Made by a program: the position numbers and the translations under genes. Below, one piece after another: positions 41,501 through 56,870 of a stretch of DNA of 64,000 nucleotides. Origin of the DNA: the human T2T-CHM13v2.0 reference genome, Homo sapiens; assembly GCF_009914755.1 (NCBI RefSeq), contig NC_060933.1. One strand, given 5' to 3'. Under the pieces are notes generated by a model, which was not told the origin of the DNA, did not search any database, and saw only the letters and a list, made by a program, of their open reading frames with translations. How positions within the stretch are numbered: the stretch's first letter is position 1; each line of letters starts with the position of its first letter.

Positions 41501-44500
41501 ATTCCATTCCATTCCATTCCATTCCTTTCCATTCCATTACGGATGATTCCATTCCATTGCATTCCATTCCATTCCATTCCCCTGTACTCGGGTTGATTCC
41601 ATTCCATTCCATTCCAATCCATGCCATTCCACTCGTGTTGATTCCATTCTTTCCATTCCATTCAAGTTGAATCCATTCCATTGCATTCCATTCAATTCGA
41701 TTCCATTCGATTGCACGCGGGTTGATTCCATTCCATTGCATTCCATTCCATTCCATTCCATTCCATTCCATTCCATTCCATTCCGTTCCATTCCATTCCA
41801 TTACATTCGGATTGATTCTATTCAATTCCTTTACACTCCATTACATTCCATTCCATTCGGGTAGTTTCCATTCCATTCCATTCCATTCCTCTCCATTCCA
41901 TTGCACTCGGGTTGATTCCATTCCATTGCATTCCATTCCGTTCCATTCCATTCCATTACATTCGGATTGATTCTATTCAACTCCCTTACTCTCCATTACA
42001 TTCCATTCCATTCGGGTTGTTCCATTCCATTCCATTCCATTCCACTCCATTCCATTGCACTCGGGTTGATTCCATTCCATTCCCTTCCATTCCATTCCAT
42101 TCCATTCCGGATGATTCCATTCCATTGCATTCCGTTCCATTACATTCCCCTGCACTCGCGTTGATTCCATTCCATTCCATTCCATTCCATTCCATTCAAT
42201 TCCATTCCATTACAATTCGTTCCATTCCATTCTATTCCGTACCATTCCATTCCATTCCATACCATTCCATTCCATTCCATTCCATTCCATTCCGTTCCAT
42301 TGCGTTCCATTCCATTCCATTCCATTCCATTCGTGTTAATTCCATTCCATTCCATTCCATTCCATTCTATTCCATTCCATTGCAATCGAGTTGAATCCAT
42401 TGCATTTCATTCCATTCCATTCCATTCCATTCCGGAAGATTCCATTCCATTGCATTCCATTCCATTCCATTCCCCTGCACTCGGGTTGATTCCATTCCAT
42501 TCCACTCCATTCCGTTCCATTCCATTCCATTCCATTGTATTCGGGTTAATTCCATTCCATTCCATTCCATTCCATTCCATTCCATTACAATCGACTTGAT
42601 TCCATTCCATTCCATTCCATTCCAGTCTTTCCATTCCATTCCTCTCGGGTTGATTCCATTCTATTAGTTTCCATTCCATTCCATTCCCTTCCATTCCACT
42701 CTGGTTGATTCCATTCCTTTCCATTCCACTCGAATACATTCCCTCCTTTTCCACTCGGAACGATTCCATTCCATTCCATTCCATTCCATTCCATTCCATT
42801 CCATTCCATTCCATTTCGTTCCATTCCATTCTATTCCGTATCATTCCATTCCATTCCATTCCATTCCATTCCATTCCATTCCATTCCATTCCATTGTACT
42901 CGGGTTGATTCCATTCCATTGCATTGCATTCCATTCCATTCCATTCCATTCCGTTGCATTCCATTCCATTACATTCGGATTGATTCTATTCAACTCCCTT
43001 ACTCTCCATTCCATTCCATTCCATTCGGGTTGTTCCATTCCATTCCATTCCATTCCACTCCATTCCATTGCACTCGGGTTGATTCCATTCCATTCAATTC
43101 CACTCCGTTCCATTCCATTCCATTACATTCGGATTGATTCTATTCAATTCCCTTACACTCCATTATATTCCATTCCATTCGGGTTGATTGCATTCCATTC
43201 CATTCCATTCCATTCCATTCCATTCCATTACAATCGAGTTGATTCCATTCCATTCCATTCCATTCCAGTCCTTTCCATTCCATTCCACTCTGGTTGATTC
43301 CATTCCTTTCCATTCCACTCGAATACATTCCCTCCTATTCCACTCGGAACGATTCCATTCCATTCCATTCCATTCCATTCCATTCCATTCCATTCCACTC
43401 GTGTTGATTCCATTCCTTTCCATTCCATTCGGTTTGAAGGCATTCCATTCCATTCCATTCCATTCCATTCCATTCCATTCCATTCCATTCCATTCCATTC
43501 CATTCAATTGTACTCGGGTTTATTCCATTCCATTCCATTCCATTCCATTCCATTCCATTCCATTCCATTCCGGATGATTCCATTCCATTGCATTCTGTTC
43601 CATTACATTCCCCTGCACTCACGTTGATTCCATTCCATTCCATTCCATTCCATTCAATTCCATTCCATTACAATTCGTTCCATTCCATTCTATTCCGTAC
43701 CATTCCATTCCATTCCATACCATTCCATTCCATTCCATTCCATTCCATTCCATTCCGTTCCATTCCGTTCCATTCCATTCCATTCCATTCTATTCGGGTT
43801 AATTCCATTCCATTCCATTCCATTCCATTCCATTCTATTCCATTCCATTGCAATCGAGTTGAATCCATTGCATTTCATTCCATTCCATTCCATTCCATTC
43901 CGGAAGATTCCATTCCATTGCATTCCATTCCATTCCATTCCCCTGCACTCGCGTTGATTCCATTCTATTCCATTCCATTCCATTCCATTCCATTCCATTC
44001 CATTCCATTCCATTCCATTCTATTCCGTTCCGTTCCTTTCCGTTCCGTTCCATTCCATTCCATTCCATTCTATTCGGGTTAATTCCATTCCATTCCATTC
44101 GACTGCAATCGTGTTGATTCCATTCCATTCCATTCCATTCTATTCCATTCCATTCCATTCCATTCCTTTCCATTCCATTACGGATGATTCCATTCCATTG
44201 CATTCCATTCCATTCCATTCCCCTGTACTCGGGTTGATTCCATTCCATTCCATTCCAATCCATGCCCTTCCACTCGTGTTGATTCCATTCTTTCCATTCC
44301 ATTCAAGTTGAATCCATTCCATTGCATTCCATTCCATTCGATTCCATTCGATTGCACTCGGGTTGATTCCATTCCATTGCATTCCATTCCATTCCATTCC
44401 ATTCCATTCCATTCCGTTCCATTCCATTCCATTACATTCGGATTGATTCTATTCAATTCCCTTACACTCCATTACATTCCATTCCATTCGGGTAGTTTCC

Positions 44501-47500
44501 ATTGCATTCCATTCCATTCCTCTCCATTCCATTGCACTCGGGTTGATTCCATTCCATTGCATTCCATTCAATTCCATTCCGTTCCATTCCATTCCATTAC
44601 ATTCGGATTGATTCTATTCAACTCCCTTAGTCTCCATTACATTCCATTCCATTCGGGTTGTTCCATTCCATTCCATTCTATTCCACTCCATTCCATTGCA
44701 CTCGGGTTTATTCCTTTCCATTCCATTCCATTCCATTCCATTCCATTCCATTCCGGAAGATTCCATTCCATTGCATTCCATTCCATTCCATTCCCCTGCA
44801 CTCGCGTTGATTCCATTCCATTCCATTCCATTCCATTCCATTCCATTCCTCTCCGTTCCATTCCATTCCATTCCATTCCATTCCATTCCATTCCATTCCG
44901 TTCCGTTCCGTTCCGTTCCATTCCATTCCATTCCATTCTATTCGGGTTAATTCCATTCCATTCCATTCGATTGCAATCGAGTTGCTTCCATTCCATTCCA
45001 TTCCATTCCATTCCATTCCATTCCTTTCCATTCCATTACGGATGATTCCATTCCATTCCATTCCATTCCATTCCATTCCCCTGCAGTCGGGTTGTTTTCA
45101 TTCCATTCCATTCCATTCCATTCCATTCCGTTCCGTTCCATTCCATTCCATTCCATTGTATTCGGGTTCATTCCATTCCATTCCATTCCATTCCATTCCA
45201 TTCCATTCCAATCGAGTTGATTGCGTTCCATTCCATTCCATTCCATTCCACTCCATTGCAGTCCTTTCCATTCAATTCCACTCGGGTTGATTCCAATGTA
45301 TTCCTTTCCTTTCCATTCCATTCCATTGCAATCGAGTTGATTCCATTGCTTACCATTCCATTCCATTCCATTCCATTCCGGATGATTCCATTCCATTGCA
45401 TTCCATTCCATTCCATTCCCCTGCACTCGGGTTGATTCCATTCCATTCCACTCCATTCCGTTCGATTCCATTGCATTGCATTGTATTCGGGTTAATTCCA
45501 TTCCATTCCATTCCATTCCATTACAATCGAGTTGATTCCATTCCATTCCATTCCATTCCAGTCCTTTCCATTCCATTCCTCTCGTGTTGATTCCATTCTA
45601 TTAGTTTCCATTCCATTCCATTCCCTTCCATTCCACTCTGGTTGATTCCATTCCTTTCCATTCCACTCGAATACATTCCCTCCTATTCCACTCGGAACGA
45701 TTCCATTCCATTCCATTCCATTCCATTCCATTCCATTCCATTCCATTCCATTCCATTCCATTTCGTTCCATTCCATTCTATTCCGTATCATTCCATTCCA
45801 TTCCATTCCATTCCATTCCATTCCATTCCATACGGGTTGTTCCATTCCATTCCATTCCATTCCACTCCATTCCATTGCACTCCGGTTGAATCCATTCCAT
45901 TCCATTCCAATCCATTCCATTCCGGATGATTCCATTCCATTGCATTCCGTTCCATTACATTTCCCTGCACTCGCATTGATTCCATTCCATTCCATTCCAT
46001 TCCATTCAATTCCATTCCATTACAATTCGTTCCATTCCATTCTATTCCGTACCATTCCATTCCATTCCATACCATTCCATTCAATTCCATTCCGTTCCAT
46101 TCCATTCCATTCCGTTCCATTCCTTTCCATTCCATTCTATTCGAATTAATTCCATTCCATTCCATTCCATTCCATTCTATTCCATTCCATTGCAATAGAG
46201 TTGAATCCATTGCATTCCATTCCATTCCATTCCATTCCATTTCCTTCCATTCCATTTCGTTCGGCTCCATTCCATTCCATTCCTTTCTACTCGGGTTAAT
46301 TCCATTCCATTCCATTCCATTCCATTCCGTTCCGTTCCAATCCATTCCATTCCATTCCGGATGATTCCATTCCATTGCATTCCGTTCCATTACATTCCCC
46401 TGCACTCGGGTTGATTCCATTCCATTCCATTCCATTCCATTCCATTCCATTCCATTCCATTCCCTTCCATTCGATTCCATTCCATTCCAATTCTTTCCAT
46501 TCCATTCTATTCCGTACCATGGCATTCCATTCCATACAATTCCATTCCATTCCATTCCACTTCGTTCCGTTCCGTTCCATTCCGTTCCGTTCCATTCCAT
46601 TCCATTCCATTCTATTTGGGTTAATTCCATTCCATTCCATTCGATTGCAATCGAGTTGATTCCATTCCATTCCATTCCATTCCATTCCATTCCATTCCAT
46701 TCCTTTCCATTCCATTACGGATGATTCCATTCCATTGCATTCCATTCCATTCCATTCCCCTGTACTCGGGTTGATTCCATTCCATTCCATTCCAATCCAT
46801 GCCATTCCACTCGTGTTGATTCCATTCTTTCCATTCCATTCAAGTTGAATCCATTCCATTGCCTTCCATTCCATTCCATTCCCCTGCAGTCGGGTTGATT
46901 CCATTCCATTCCATTCCATTCCATGCCATTCCATTCCATTCCATTCCGTTCCGTTCCATTCCATTCCATTCCATTCTATTCGGGTTAATTCCATTCCAAT
47001 CCATTCCATTCCATTCCAATCGAGTTGATTCCATTCCATTCCATTCCATTCCACTCCATTCCTGTCCTTTCCATTCCATTCCACTCAGGTTGATTCCAAT
47101 GTATTCCTTTCCATTCCATTCCATTCCATTGCAATCGAGTTGATTCCATTGCTTTGCATTCCATTCCATTCCGGATGATTCCATTCCATTCCATTCCATT
47201 CCATTCCATTCTCCTGCACTCGGGTTGATTCCATTCCATTCCACTCCATTCCGTTCCATTCCATTACATTCCATTGTATTCGGGTTAATTCCATTCCATT
47301 CCATTCCATTCCATTCCATTCCATTACAATCGAGTTGATTCCATTCCATTCCATTCCATTCCAGTCCTTTCCATTCCATTCCACTCGGGTAGATTCCATT
47401 CTATTAGTTTCCATTTCATTCCATTCCCTTCCATTCCACTCTGGTTGATTCCATTCCTTTCCATTCCACTCGAATACATTCCCTCATATTCCACTCGGAA

Positions 47501-50500
47501 CGATTCCATTCCATTCCATTCCATTCCATTCCTTTCCATTCCATTCGGTTTCAAGCCATTCCATTCCATTCAATTCCACTCCATTCCATTCCATTCCATT
47601 CCATTCCATTCCATTCCATTGTACTCGGGTTGATTCCATTCCATTGCATTCCATCCCATTCCATTCAATTCCATTCCGTTCCATTACATTCGGATTGATT
47701 CTATTCAACTCCCTTACTCTCCATTCCATTCCATTCCATTCCGGTTGTTCCATTCCATTCCATTCCATTCAACTCCGTTCCATTGAACTCGGGTTGATTC
47801 GATTCCATTCCATTCCATTCCATTCCTTTCCGGATGATTACATTCCATTGCATTCCGTTCCATTACATTCCCCTGCACTCGCGTTGATTTCATTCCATTC
47901 CATTCCATTCCATACCATTCCATTCCATTCCATTCCATTCCATTCCGTTCCGTTCCATTCCGTTCCATTCCATTCCATTCTATTCGGGTTAATTCCATTC
48001 CATTCCTTTCCATTCCATTCTATTCCATTCCATTGCACTCGGGTTGATTCCATTCCATTCCATTCCATTCCATTCCTTTCCATTCCATTCCATTCCCCTG
48101 CACTCGCGTTGATTCCATTCCATTTCATTCCATTCCATTCCATTCCATTCCATTCTTTTCCGTTCCATTCCATTCCATTCCATTCCATTCCGTTCCGTTC
48201 CTTTCCATTCCATTCCATTCTATTCGGGTTAATTCCATTCCATTCCATTCGATTGCAATCGAGTTGATTCCATTCCATTCCATTCCATTCCATTCCATTC
48301 CATTCCTTTCCATTCCATTACGGATGATTCCATTCCATTGCATTCCATTCCATTCCATTCCCCTGTACTCGGGTTGATTCCATTCCATTCCATTCCAATC
48401 CATGCCATTCCACTCGTGTTGATCCCATTCTTTCCATTCCATTCAGGTTGAATCCATTCCATTGCATTCCATTCCATTCGATTCCATTCGATTGCACTCG
48501 GGTTGATTCCATTCCATTGCATTCCATTCCATTCCGTTCCATTCCATTTCATTACATTCAGATTGATTCTATTCAATTCCCTTACACTCCATTATATTCC
48601 AATCCATTCTGGTTGTTTCCATTCCATTCCATTCCATTTCACTCCATTCCATTGCACTCGGGTTAATTCCATTGCATTCCATTCCATTCCATTCCATTAC
48701 GGATGATTCCATTCCATTGCATACCATTCCATTCTATTCCCCTGCACTCAGGTTGATTCCATTCCATTCCATTACATTACATTCCGTTCCATTCCATTCC
48801 ATTCCATTCGGATTGATTCTATTCAATTCCCTTACACTCCATTACATTCAATTCCATTCGGGTAGTTTCCATTCCTTTCCATTCCATTTCTCTGTATTCC
48901 ATTGTACTCGGGTTGATTCCATTCCATTCCATTCCATTCCATTCCATTCCATTCCATTCCATTCCATTGTACTCGGGTTGATTCCATTCCATTGCATTCC
49001 ATTACATTCCATTCCATTCCATTCCGTTGCATTCCATTCCATTCCATTCGGATTGATTCTATTCAACTCCCTTACTCTCTATTACATTCCATTCCATTCG
49101 GGTTGTTCCATTCCATTCCATTCCATTCCACTCCATTCCATTGCACTCGGGTTGATTCCATTCCATTCCATACCATTCCATTCCATTCCGGATGATTCCA
49201 TTCCATTGCATTCCGTTCCATTACATTCCCCTGTACTCGGTTTGTTTCCATTCCATTCCATTCCATTCCATTCCATTCCTTTCCATTCCATTACGGATGA
49301 TTCCATTCCATTGCATTACATTCCATTCCATTCCCCTGTACTCGGGTTGATTCCATTCCATTCCATTCCATTCCATTCTATTCCATTCCATTCCATTCCA
49401 TTCCGAAAGATTCCATTCCATTGCATTCCATTCCATTCCATTCCCCTGCACTCGCGTTGATTCCATTCCATTCCATTCCATTCCATTCCGTTTCGTTCCG
49501 TTCCGTTCCATTCCATTCCATTCCATTCCATTCCATTCCGTTCCGTTCCATTCCATTCCATTCCATTCCATTCTATTCGGGTTAATTCCATTCCATTCCA
49601 TTCGATTGCAATCGAGTTGATTTCATTCCATTTCATTCCATTCCATGCCATTCCATTCCATTCCATTCCATTCCATTCCTTTCCATTACATTACAGATGA
49701 TTCCATTCCATTTCATTCCATTCCATTCCATTCCCCTGTACTCGGGTTGATTCCATTCCATTCCATTCCAATCCATGCCATTCGACTCGTGTTGATTCCA
49801 TTCTTTCCATTCCATTGAAGATGAATCCATTCCATTGCATTCCATTCCATTCGATTCCATTCGATTGCACTCGTGTTGATTCCATGGCATTGCATTCCAT
49901 TCCATTCCATTCCATTCCTTTCCATTCCATTCCATTCCATTCGGATTCATTCTATTCAATTCCCTTACACTCCATTACATTACATTCCAATCGGGTAGTT
50001 TCCATTCCATTCCATTCCATTCCTCTCCATTCCATGGCACTCGGGTTGATTCCATTCCATTCGATTCCATTCCATTCCATTCCATTCCATTCCATTCTGA
50101 TGATTCCATTCCATAGAATTCCATTCCATTCCATTCCCCTGCACTTGGGTTGATTCCATTCCATTCCATTCCATTCCTTTCTGTTCCATTCCATTCCATT
50201 CCATTCCATTCCATTCTATTCGTGTTATTTCCATTCCATTCTATTCCATTGCATTCCATTGAAATCGAGTTGATTCCATACCATCCCATTCCATTCCATT
50301 CCATTCCATTCCAATCCGGATGATTCCATTCCATTGCATTCCATTCCATTCCATTCCCCTGCACTCGGATTGATTCCATTCCATTCCATTCCATTACTTT
50401 CCGTTCCATTCCGTTCCATTCCATTCTATTCGGGTTAATTCCATTCCATTCCATTCCACTCCATTCCAGTCCTTTCCATTCCATTCCACTCGGGTTGATT

Positions 50501-53500
50501 CCATTCTATTCTTTTCCATTCCATTCCATTCCATTGCAATCGAGTTGATTCCATTCGAGTTGAATCCATTCCATTCCATTCCATTGCATTCCATTGCACA
50601 CGGGTTCATTCCATTCCATTCCATTCCATTCCATTTCATTCCATTCCATTCCATTCCATTTCATTCGATTCCATTCTAATCCGTACCATTCCATTCCATC
50701 CTATTCCATTCCGTTCCATTCCATGCCATTACAATCGGGTTCATTCCATTCCTTTCCATTCCATTCTTGTTGAATCCATTCCATTCCATTCCATTCCATT
50801 CCATTCGAATTCATTCCATTGCACTCGGGTTGATTCCATTCCATTCCATTCCATTCCATTTCATTCCATTCCATTCCATTACATTCGGATTGATTCTATT
50901 CAATTCCCTTACACTCCATTACATTCCATTCCATTCGGGATGTTTCCATTCCATTTCATTCCATTCCACTCCATTCCATTGCATCAGGTTGATTGCATTC
51001 CATTCCATTCCATTCCATTCCGGATGATTCCATTCCATTGCATTCCATTCTATTCAATTCCCCTGCACTCGGGTTGATTACATTCCATTCCATTCCCTTC
51101 CATTCCTTTCCGTTCCATTCCATTCCATTCTATTCGGGTTAATTCCATTCCATTCCATTCGATTTGATTCCATTCCATTCCATTCCATTGCAATCGGGTT
51201 GATTCCATAACATTACATTCCATTCCATTCCGGATGATTCCATTCCATTGCATTCCATTCCATTCCAATCCCCTGCAGTCGGGTTGATTCCATTCCATTG
51301 CATTCCATTCCATTCCATTCCATTCCATTCCATTCCATTCCGTTCCATTCCATTCCATTCCATTCTATTCGGGTTAATTCCATTCCATTCCATTCCATTC
51401 CATTCCATTCCAATCGAGTTGATTCCATTCCATTCCATTCCATTCCATTCCACTCAATTCCAGTCCTTTCCATTCCATTCCACTCGGGTTGATTCCATTC
51501 TATTCCTTTCCATTCCATTCCATTCCATTGCAATCGAGTTGATTCCATTGCTTTGCATTCCGTTCCATTCCATTCCTTTTCATTGTATTCGGGTTAATTC
51601 CATTGCATTCCATTCCATTCCATTCCATTCCATTCCATTCCATTCCATTGCATTACAATGCAGTTGATTCCATTCCATTCCATTCCATTCCATTCCAGTC
51701 CTTTCCATTCCATTCCACTCGGGTTGATTCCATTCTATTAGTTTCCATTCCATTCCATTCCCTTCCATTCTACTCTGGTTGATTCCATTCCTTTCCATTT
51801 CACTCGAATACATTCCCTCCTATTCCACTCCGAACGATTCCATTCCATTCCATTCCATTCCATTCCATTCCATTCCATTCCATTCCATTCCATTTCGTTC
51901 CATTCCATTCTATTCCGTACCATTCCATTCTATTCCATTCCATTCCATTCCATTCCACTCGTGTTGATTACATTCCTTTCCATTCCATTCAGTTTGAAGG
52001 CATTCCATTCCATTCACTTCCATTCCACTCCATTCCATTCCATTACATTCCATTACATTCCAATCCATTCCATTCCATTGTACTCGGGTTGATTCCATTC
52101 CATTGCATTCCATTCCATTCCATTCCATTCCATTCCATTCCATTCCATTCCGTATGATTCCATTCCATTGCATTCCATTCCATACCATTCCCCTGCACTC
52201 GGGTTGATTACATTCCATTCCCTTCCCTTCCATTCCTTTCCATTCCATTCCATTCCATTCTATTCGGGTGAATTCCATTCCATTCCATTCCATTCCATTC
52301 CTTTCCATTCCATTGCAATCGAGTTGATTCCATTCCATTCCATTCCATTCCGTTCCGGATGATTCCATTCCATTGCATTCCATTCCATTCCATTCCCCTG
52401 CAGTCGCGTTGATTCCTTTCCATTCCATTCCATTCCATTCCATTCTATTCCATTCCGTTCCATTCCATTCCATTCCATTCTATTCGGGTTAATTCCATTC
52501 CATTCCTTTCCATTCCATTCCAATCGAGTTAATTCCATTCCATTGCATTCCATTCCACTCCATTCCAGTCCTTTCCATTCCATTCCACTCGGGTTGATTC
52601 CATTCCATTCCTTTCCATTCCATTCCATTGCAATCGAGTTGATTCCATTGCATTGCATTCCATTCCATTCCATTCCATTCCGGATGATTCCATTCCATTG
52701 CATTGAATTCCATTCCATTCCCCTGCACTCGGGTTGATTCCATTCCATTCCACTCCATTCCGTTCCATTGCATTCCATTCCATTGTATTCGGGTTAATTC
52801 CATTCCATTCCATTCCATTCCATTCCATTCCATTCCATTACAATCGAGTTGATTCCATTCCATTCCATTCCATTCCATTCCATTCCATTCCTTTCCATTC
52901 CATTCCACTCGGGTTGATTCCATTCTATTAGTTTCCATTCCATTCCATTCCCTTCCATTCCACTCTGGTTGACTCCATTCCTTTCCATTCCACTCGAATA
53001 CATTCCCTCCTATTCCCTCGGAACAATTCCATTCCATTCCATTCCATTCCATTCCATTCCATTCCATTTCGTTCCATTCCATTCTATTCCATACCATTCC
53101 ATTCCATTCCATTCCATTCCATTCCATTCCACTCGTGTTGATTCCATTCCTTTCCATTCCATTCGGTTTGAAGCCATTCCATCCCATTCAATTCCATTCC
53201 ATTCCTTTCCATTCCATGGCGGATGATTCCATTCCATTGCTTTCCATTCCATTCCATTCCCCTGTACTCGGGTTGATTCCATTCCATTCCATTGCAATCC
53301 ATGCCATTCCACTCGTGTTGATTCCATTCTTTCCATTCCATTCATGTTGAATCCATTCCATTGCATTCCATTCCATTCCATTCCATTCGATTGCACTCGG
53401 TTTGATTCCATTGCATTTCATTCCATTCCATTCCATTCCGTTCCATTCCATTCCATTCCGTTCCATTCCATTCCATTACATTCGGATTGATTCTTTTTAA

Positions 53501-55739
53501 CTCCCTTACTCTCCATTACATTCCATTCCATTCGGGTTGTTCCATTCCATTCCATTCCATTCCACTCCATTCCATTGCACTCGGGTTGATTCCATTCCAT
53601 TGCATTCCATTCCATTCCATTCCATTCCATTCCATTCCATTCCATTCCGGATGATTCCATTCCATTGGATTCCGTTCTATTACATTCCCCTGCAATCGCG
53701 TTGATTCCATTCCATTCCATTCCATTCGATTCCATTCCATTCCAATTCTTTCCATTCCATTCTATTCCGTACCATTCCATTCCATTCCATACCATTCCAC
53801 TCCATTCCATTCCATTCCATTCCTTTCCATTCCGTTCAATTCCGTTCCATTCCATTCCATTCCAGTCCATTCTATTAAGGTTAATTCCATTCCATTCCAT
53901 TCCATTCCATTCTATTCCACTCCATTGCAATCGAGTTGAATCCATTGCATTCCATTCCATTCCATTCCATTCCATTCCATTCCATTCCATTCCATTCCGG
54001 AAGATTCCATTCCATTGCATTCCATTCCATTCCATTCCCCTGCACTCGCGTTGATTCCATTCCATTCCATTCCATTCCGTTCCATTCCATTCCATTCCGT
54101 TCCGTTCCGTTCCATTCCATTCCATTCCATTCCGTTTCGTTCCATTCCATTCCTTTCCATTCTATTCGTGTTAATTCCATTCCATTCCATTCGATTGCAA
54201 TCGCGTTCATTCCATTCCATTCCATTCCATTCCATTCCTTTCCACTCAATTACTAATGACTCCATTCCATTGCATTTCATTCCATTCCATTCTCCTGTAC
54301 TCGGGTTGATTCCATTCCATTCCATTCCAATCCATGCCATTCCACTCGTGTTGATTCCATTCTTTCCATTCCATTCAAGTTGAATCCATTCCATTGCATT
54401 CCATTTCATTCGATTCCATTCGATTGCACTCGCGTTGATTCCATTCCATTGCATTCCATTCCATTCCATTCCATTCCATTCCATTCCATTCCGTTCCATT
54501 CCATTCCATTACATTCGGATTGATTCTATTCAGTTCCCTTACACTTCATTACTTTCCATTCCATTCGGGTAGTTTCCATTGCATTCCATTCCATTCCTCT
54601 CCATTCCATTGCACTCGGGTTGATTCCATTCCATTCCATTCCAATCGATTCCATTCCATTCCATTCCATTCCATTCCATTCCATTGTACTCGGGTTGATT
54701 CCATTCCATTGCATTCCATTCCATTCCATTCCGTTCCATTCCATTCCATTACATTCGGGTTGATTCTATTCAACTCCCTTACTCTCCATTACATTCCATT
54801 CCATTCGTGCTGTTCCGTTCCATTCCATTCCATTCCACTCCATTGCATTGCACTCGGGTTGATTCCATTCAATTCCATTCCATTCCATTCCATTCCATTC
54901 CGGATGATTCCATTCCATTGCATTCCGTTCCATTACATTCGCCTGCACTCGGGTTGATTCCATTCCATTCCATTCCATTCCATATCATTCCATTCGATTC
55001 CATTCCATTCCAATTCTTTCCATTCCATTCTATTCCGTACCGTTCCATTCCATTCCATACAATTCCATTCCATTCCATTCCATTCCATTCCATTCCGTTC
55101 CGTTCCGTTCCGTTCCGTTCCGTTCCATTCCATTCCATTCCATTCTATTCGGGTTAAATCCATTCCATTCCATTCCATTCTATTCCACTCCATTGCAATC
55201 GAGTTGAATCCATTGCATTCCATTCCATTCCATTCCATTCAATTCCGGAAGATTCCATTCCATTGCATTCCATTCCATTCCATTCCCCTGCACTCGCGTT
55301 GAATCCATTCCATTCCATTCCATTCCATTCCATTCCATTCCTTTCCCTTCCATTGCATTCCATTCCATTCCATTCCCTTCCATTGCGTTCCGTTCCATTC
55401 CATTCCATTCCATTCTATTGGGGTTAATTCCATTCCATTCCATTCGATTACAATCAAGTTGATTCCATTCCATTCCATTCCGTTCCATTCCATTCCATTC
55501 CTTTCCATTCCATTACGGATGATTCCATTCCATTGCATTCCATTCCATTCCATTCCCCTGTACTCGGGTTGATTCCATTCCATTCCATTCCAATCCATGC
55601 CATTCCACTCGTGTTGATTCCATTCTTTCCATTCCCTTCAAGTTGAATCCATTCCATTGCATTCCATTCCATTCGATTCCATTCGATTGCACTCGGGTTG
55701 ATTCCATTCCATTGCATTCCATTCCATTCCATTCCATTC

Positions 55740-56870
55740 CATTCCGTTCCATTCCATTTCATTACATTCAGATTGATTCTATTCAATTCCGTTACACTCC
55801 ATTATATTCCAATCCATTCTGGTTGTTTCCATTCCATTCCATTCCATTTCACTCGTGTTGATTCCATTCCTTTCCATTCCATTCGGTTTGAAGCCATTCC
55901 ATTCCATTCCATTCCACTCCATTCCATTCCATTCCATTCCATTCCATTACATTCCATTCCATTGTACTCGGGTTGATTCCATTCTATTGCATTTCATTCA
56001 ATTCCATTCCATTCTGTTCCATTCCATTCCATTACATTCGGATTGATTCTATTCAACTCCGTTACTCTCCATTACATTCCATTCCATTCGGGTTGTTCCA
56101 TTCCATTCCATTCCATTCCACTCCATTCCATTTCACTCGGGTTGATTCCATTCTATTCCATTCCATTCCATTCCATTCCATTCCATTCCATTCCATTCCA
56201 TTCCGGATGATTCCATTCCATTGTATTCCGTTCCATTACATTCCCCTGCGCTCGCGTTGATTCCATTCCATTCCATTCCATACCATTACATTCCATTCCA
56301 TTGCATTCCATTCCATTCCATTCCATTCCGTTCCATTCCATTTCATTACATTCAGATTGATTCTATTCAATTCCCTTACACTCCATTATATTCCAATCCA
56401 TTCTGGTTGTTTCCATTCCATTCCATTCCATTTCACTCGTGTTGATTCCATTCCTTTCCATTCCATTCGGTTTGAAGCCATTCCATTCCATTCAATTCCA
56501 CTCCATTCCATTCCATTCCATTCCATTCCATTCCATTCCATTGTACTCGGGTTGATTCCATTCCATTGCATTCCATTCAATTCCATTCCATTCTGTTCCA
56601 TTCCATTCCATTACATTCGGATTGATTCTATTCAACTCCGTTACTCTCCATTACATTCCATTCCATTCGGGTTGTTCCATTCCATTCCATTCCATTCCAC
56701 TCCATTCCATTGCACTCGGGTTGATTCCATTCCATTCCATTCCATTCCATTCCATTCCATTCCATTCCATTCCGGATGATTCCATTCAATTGTATTCCGT
56801 TCCATTACATTCCCCTGCGCTCGCGTTGATTCCATTCCATTTCATTCCATTCCATACCATTCCATTGCAT
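55740..56870 (+). repeat. Tandem duplication of a ~0.57-0.58 kb unit
   Basis: CAGATTG at 55769/56353 and CCCCTGCGCTCGCG at 56243/56812. Both copies carry the fused junction CATTTCACTCGTGTTG and the variant AACTCCGTTAC. Confidence 0.85.
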
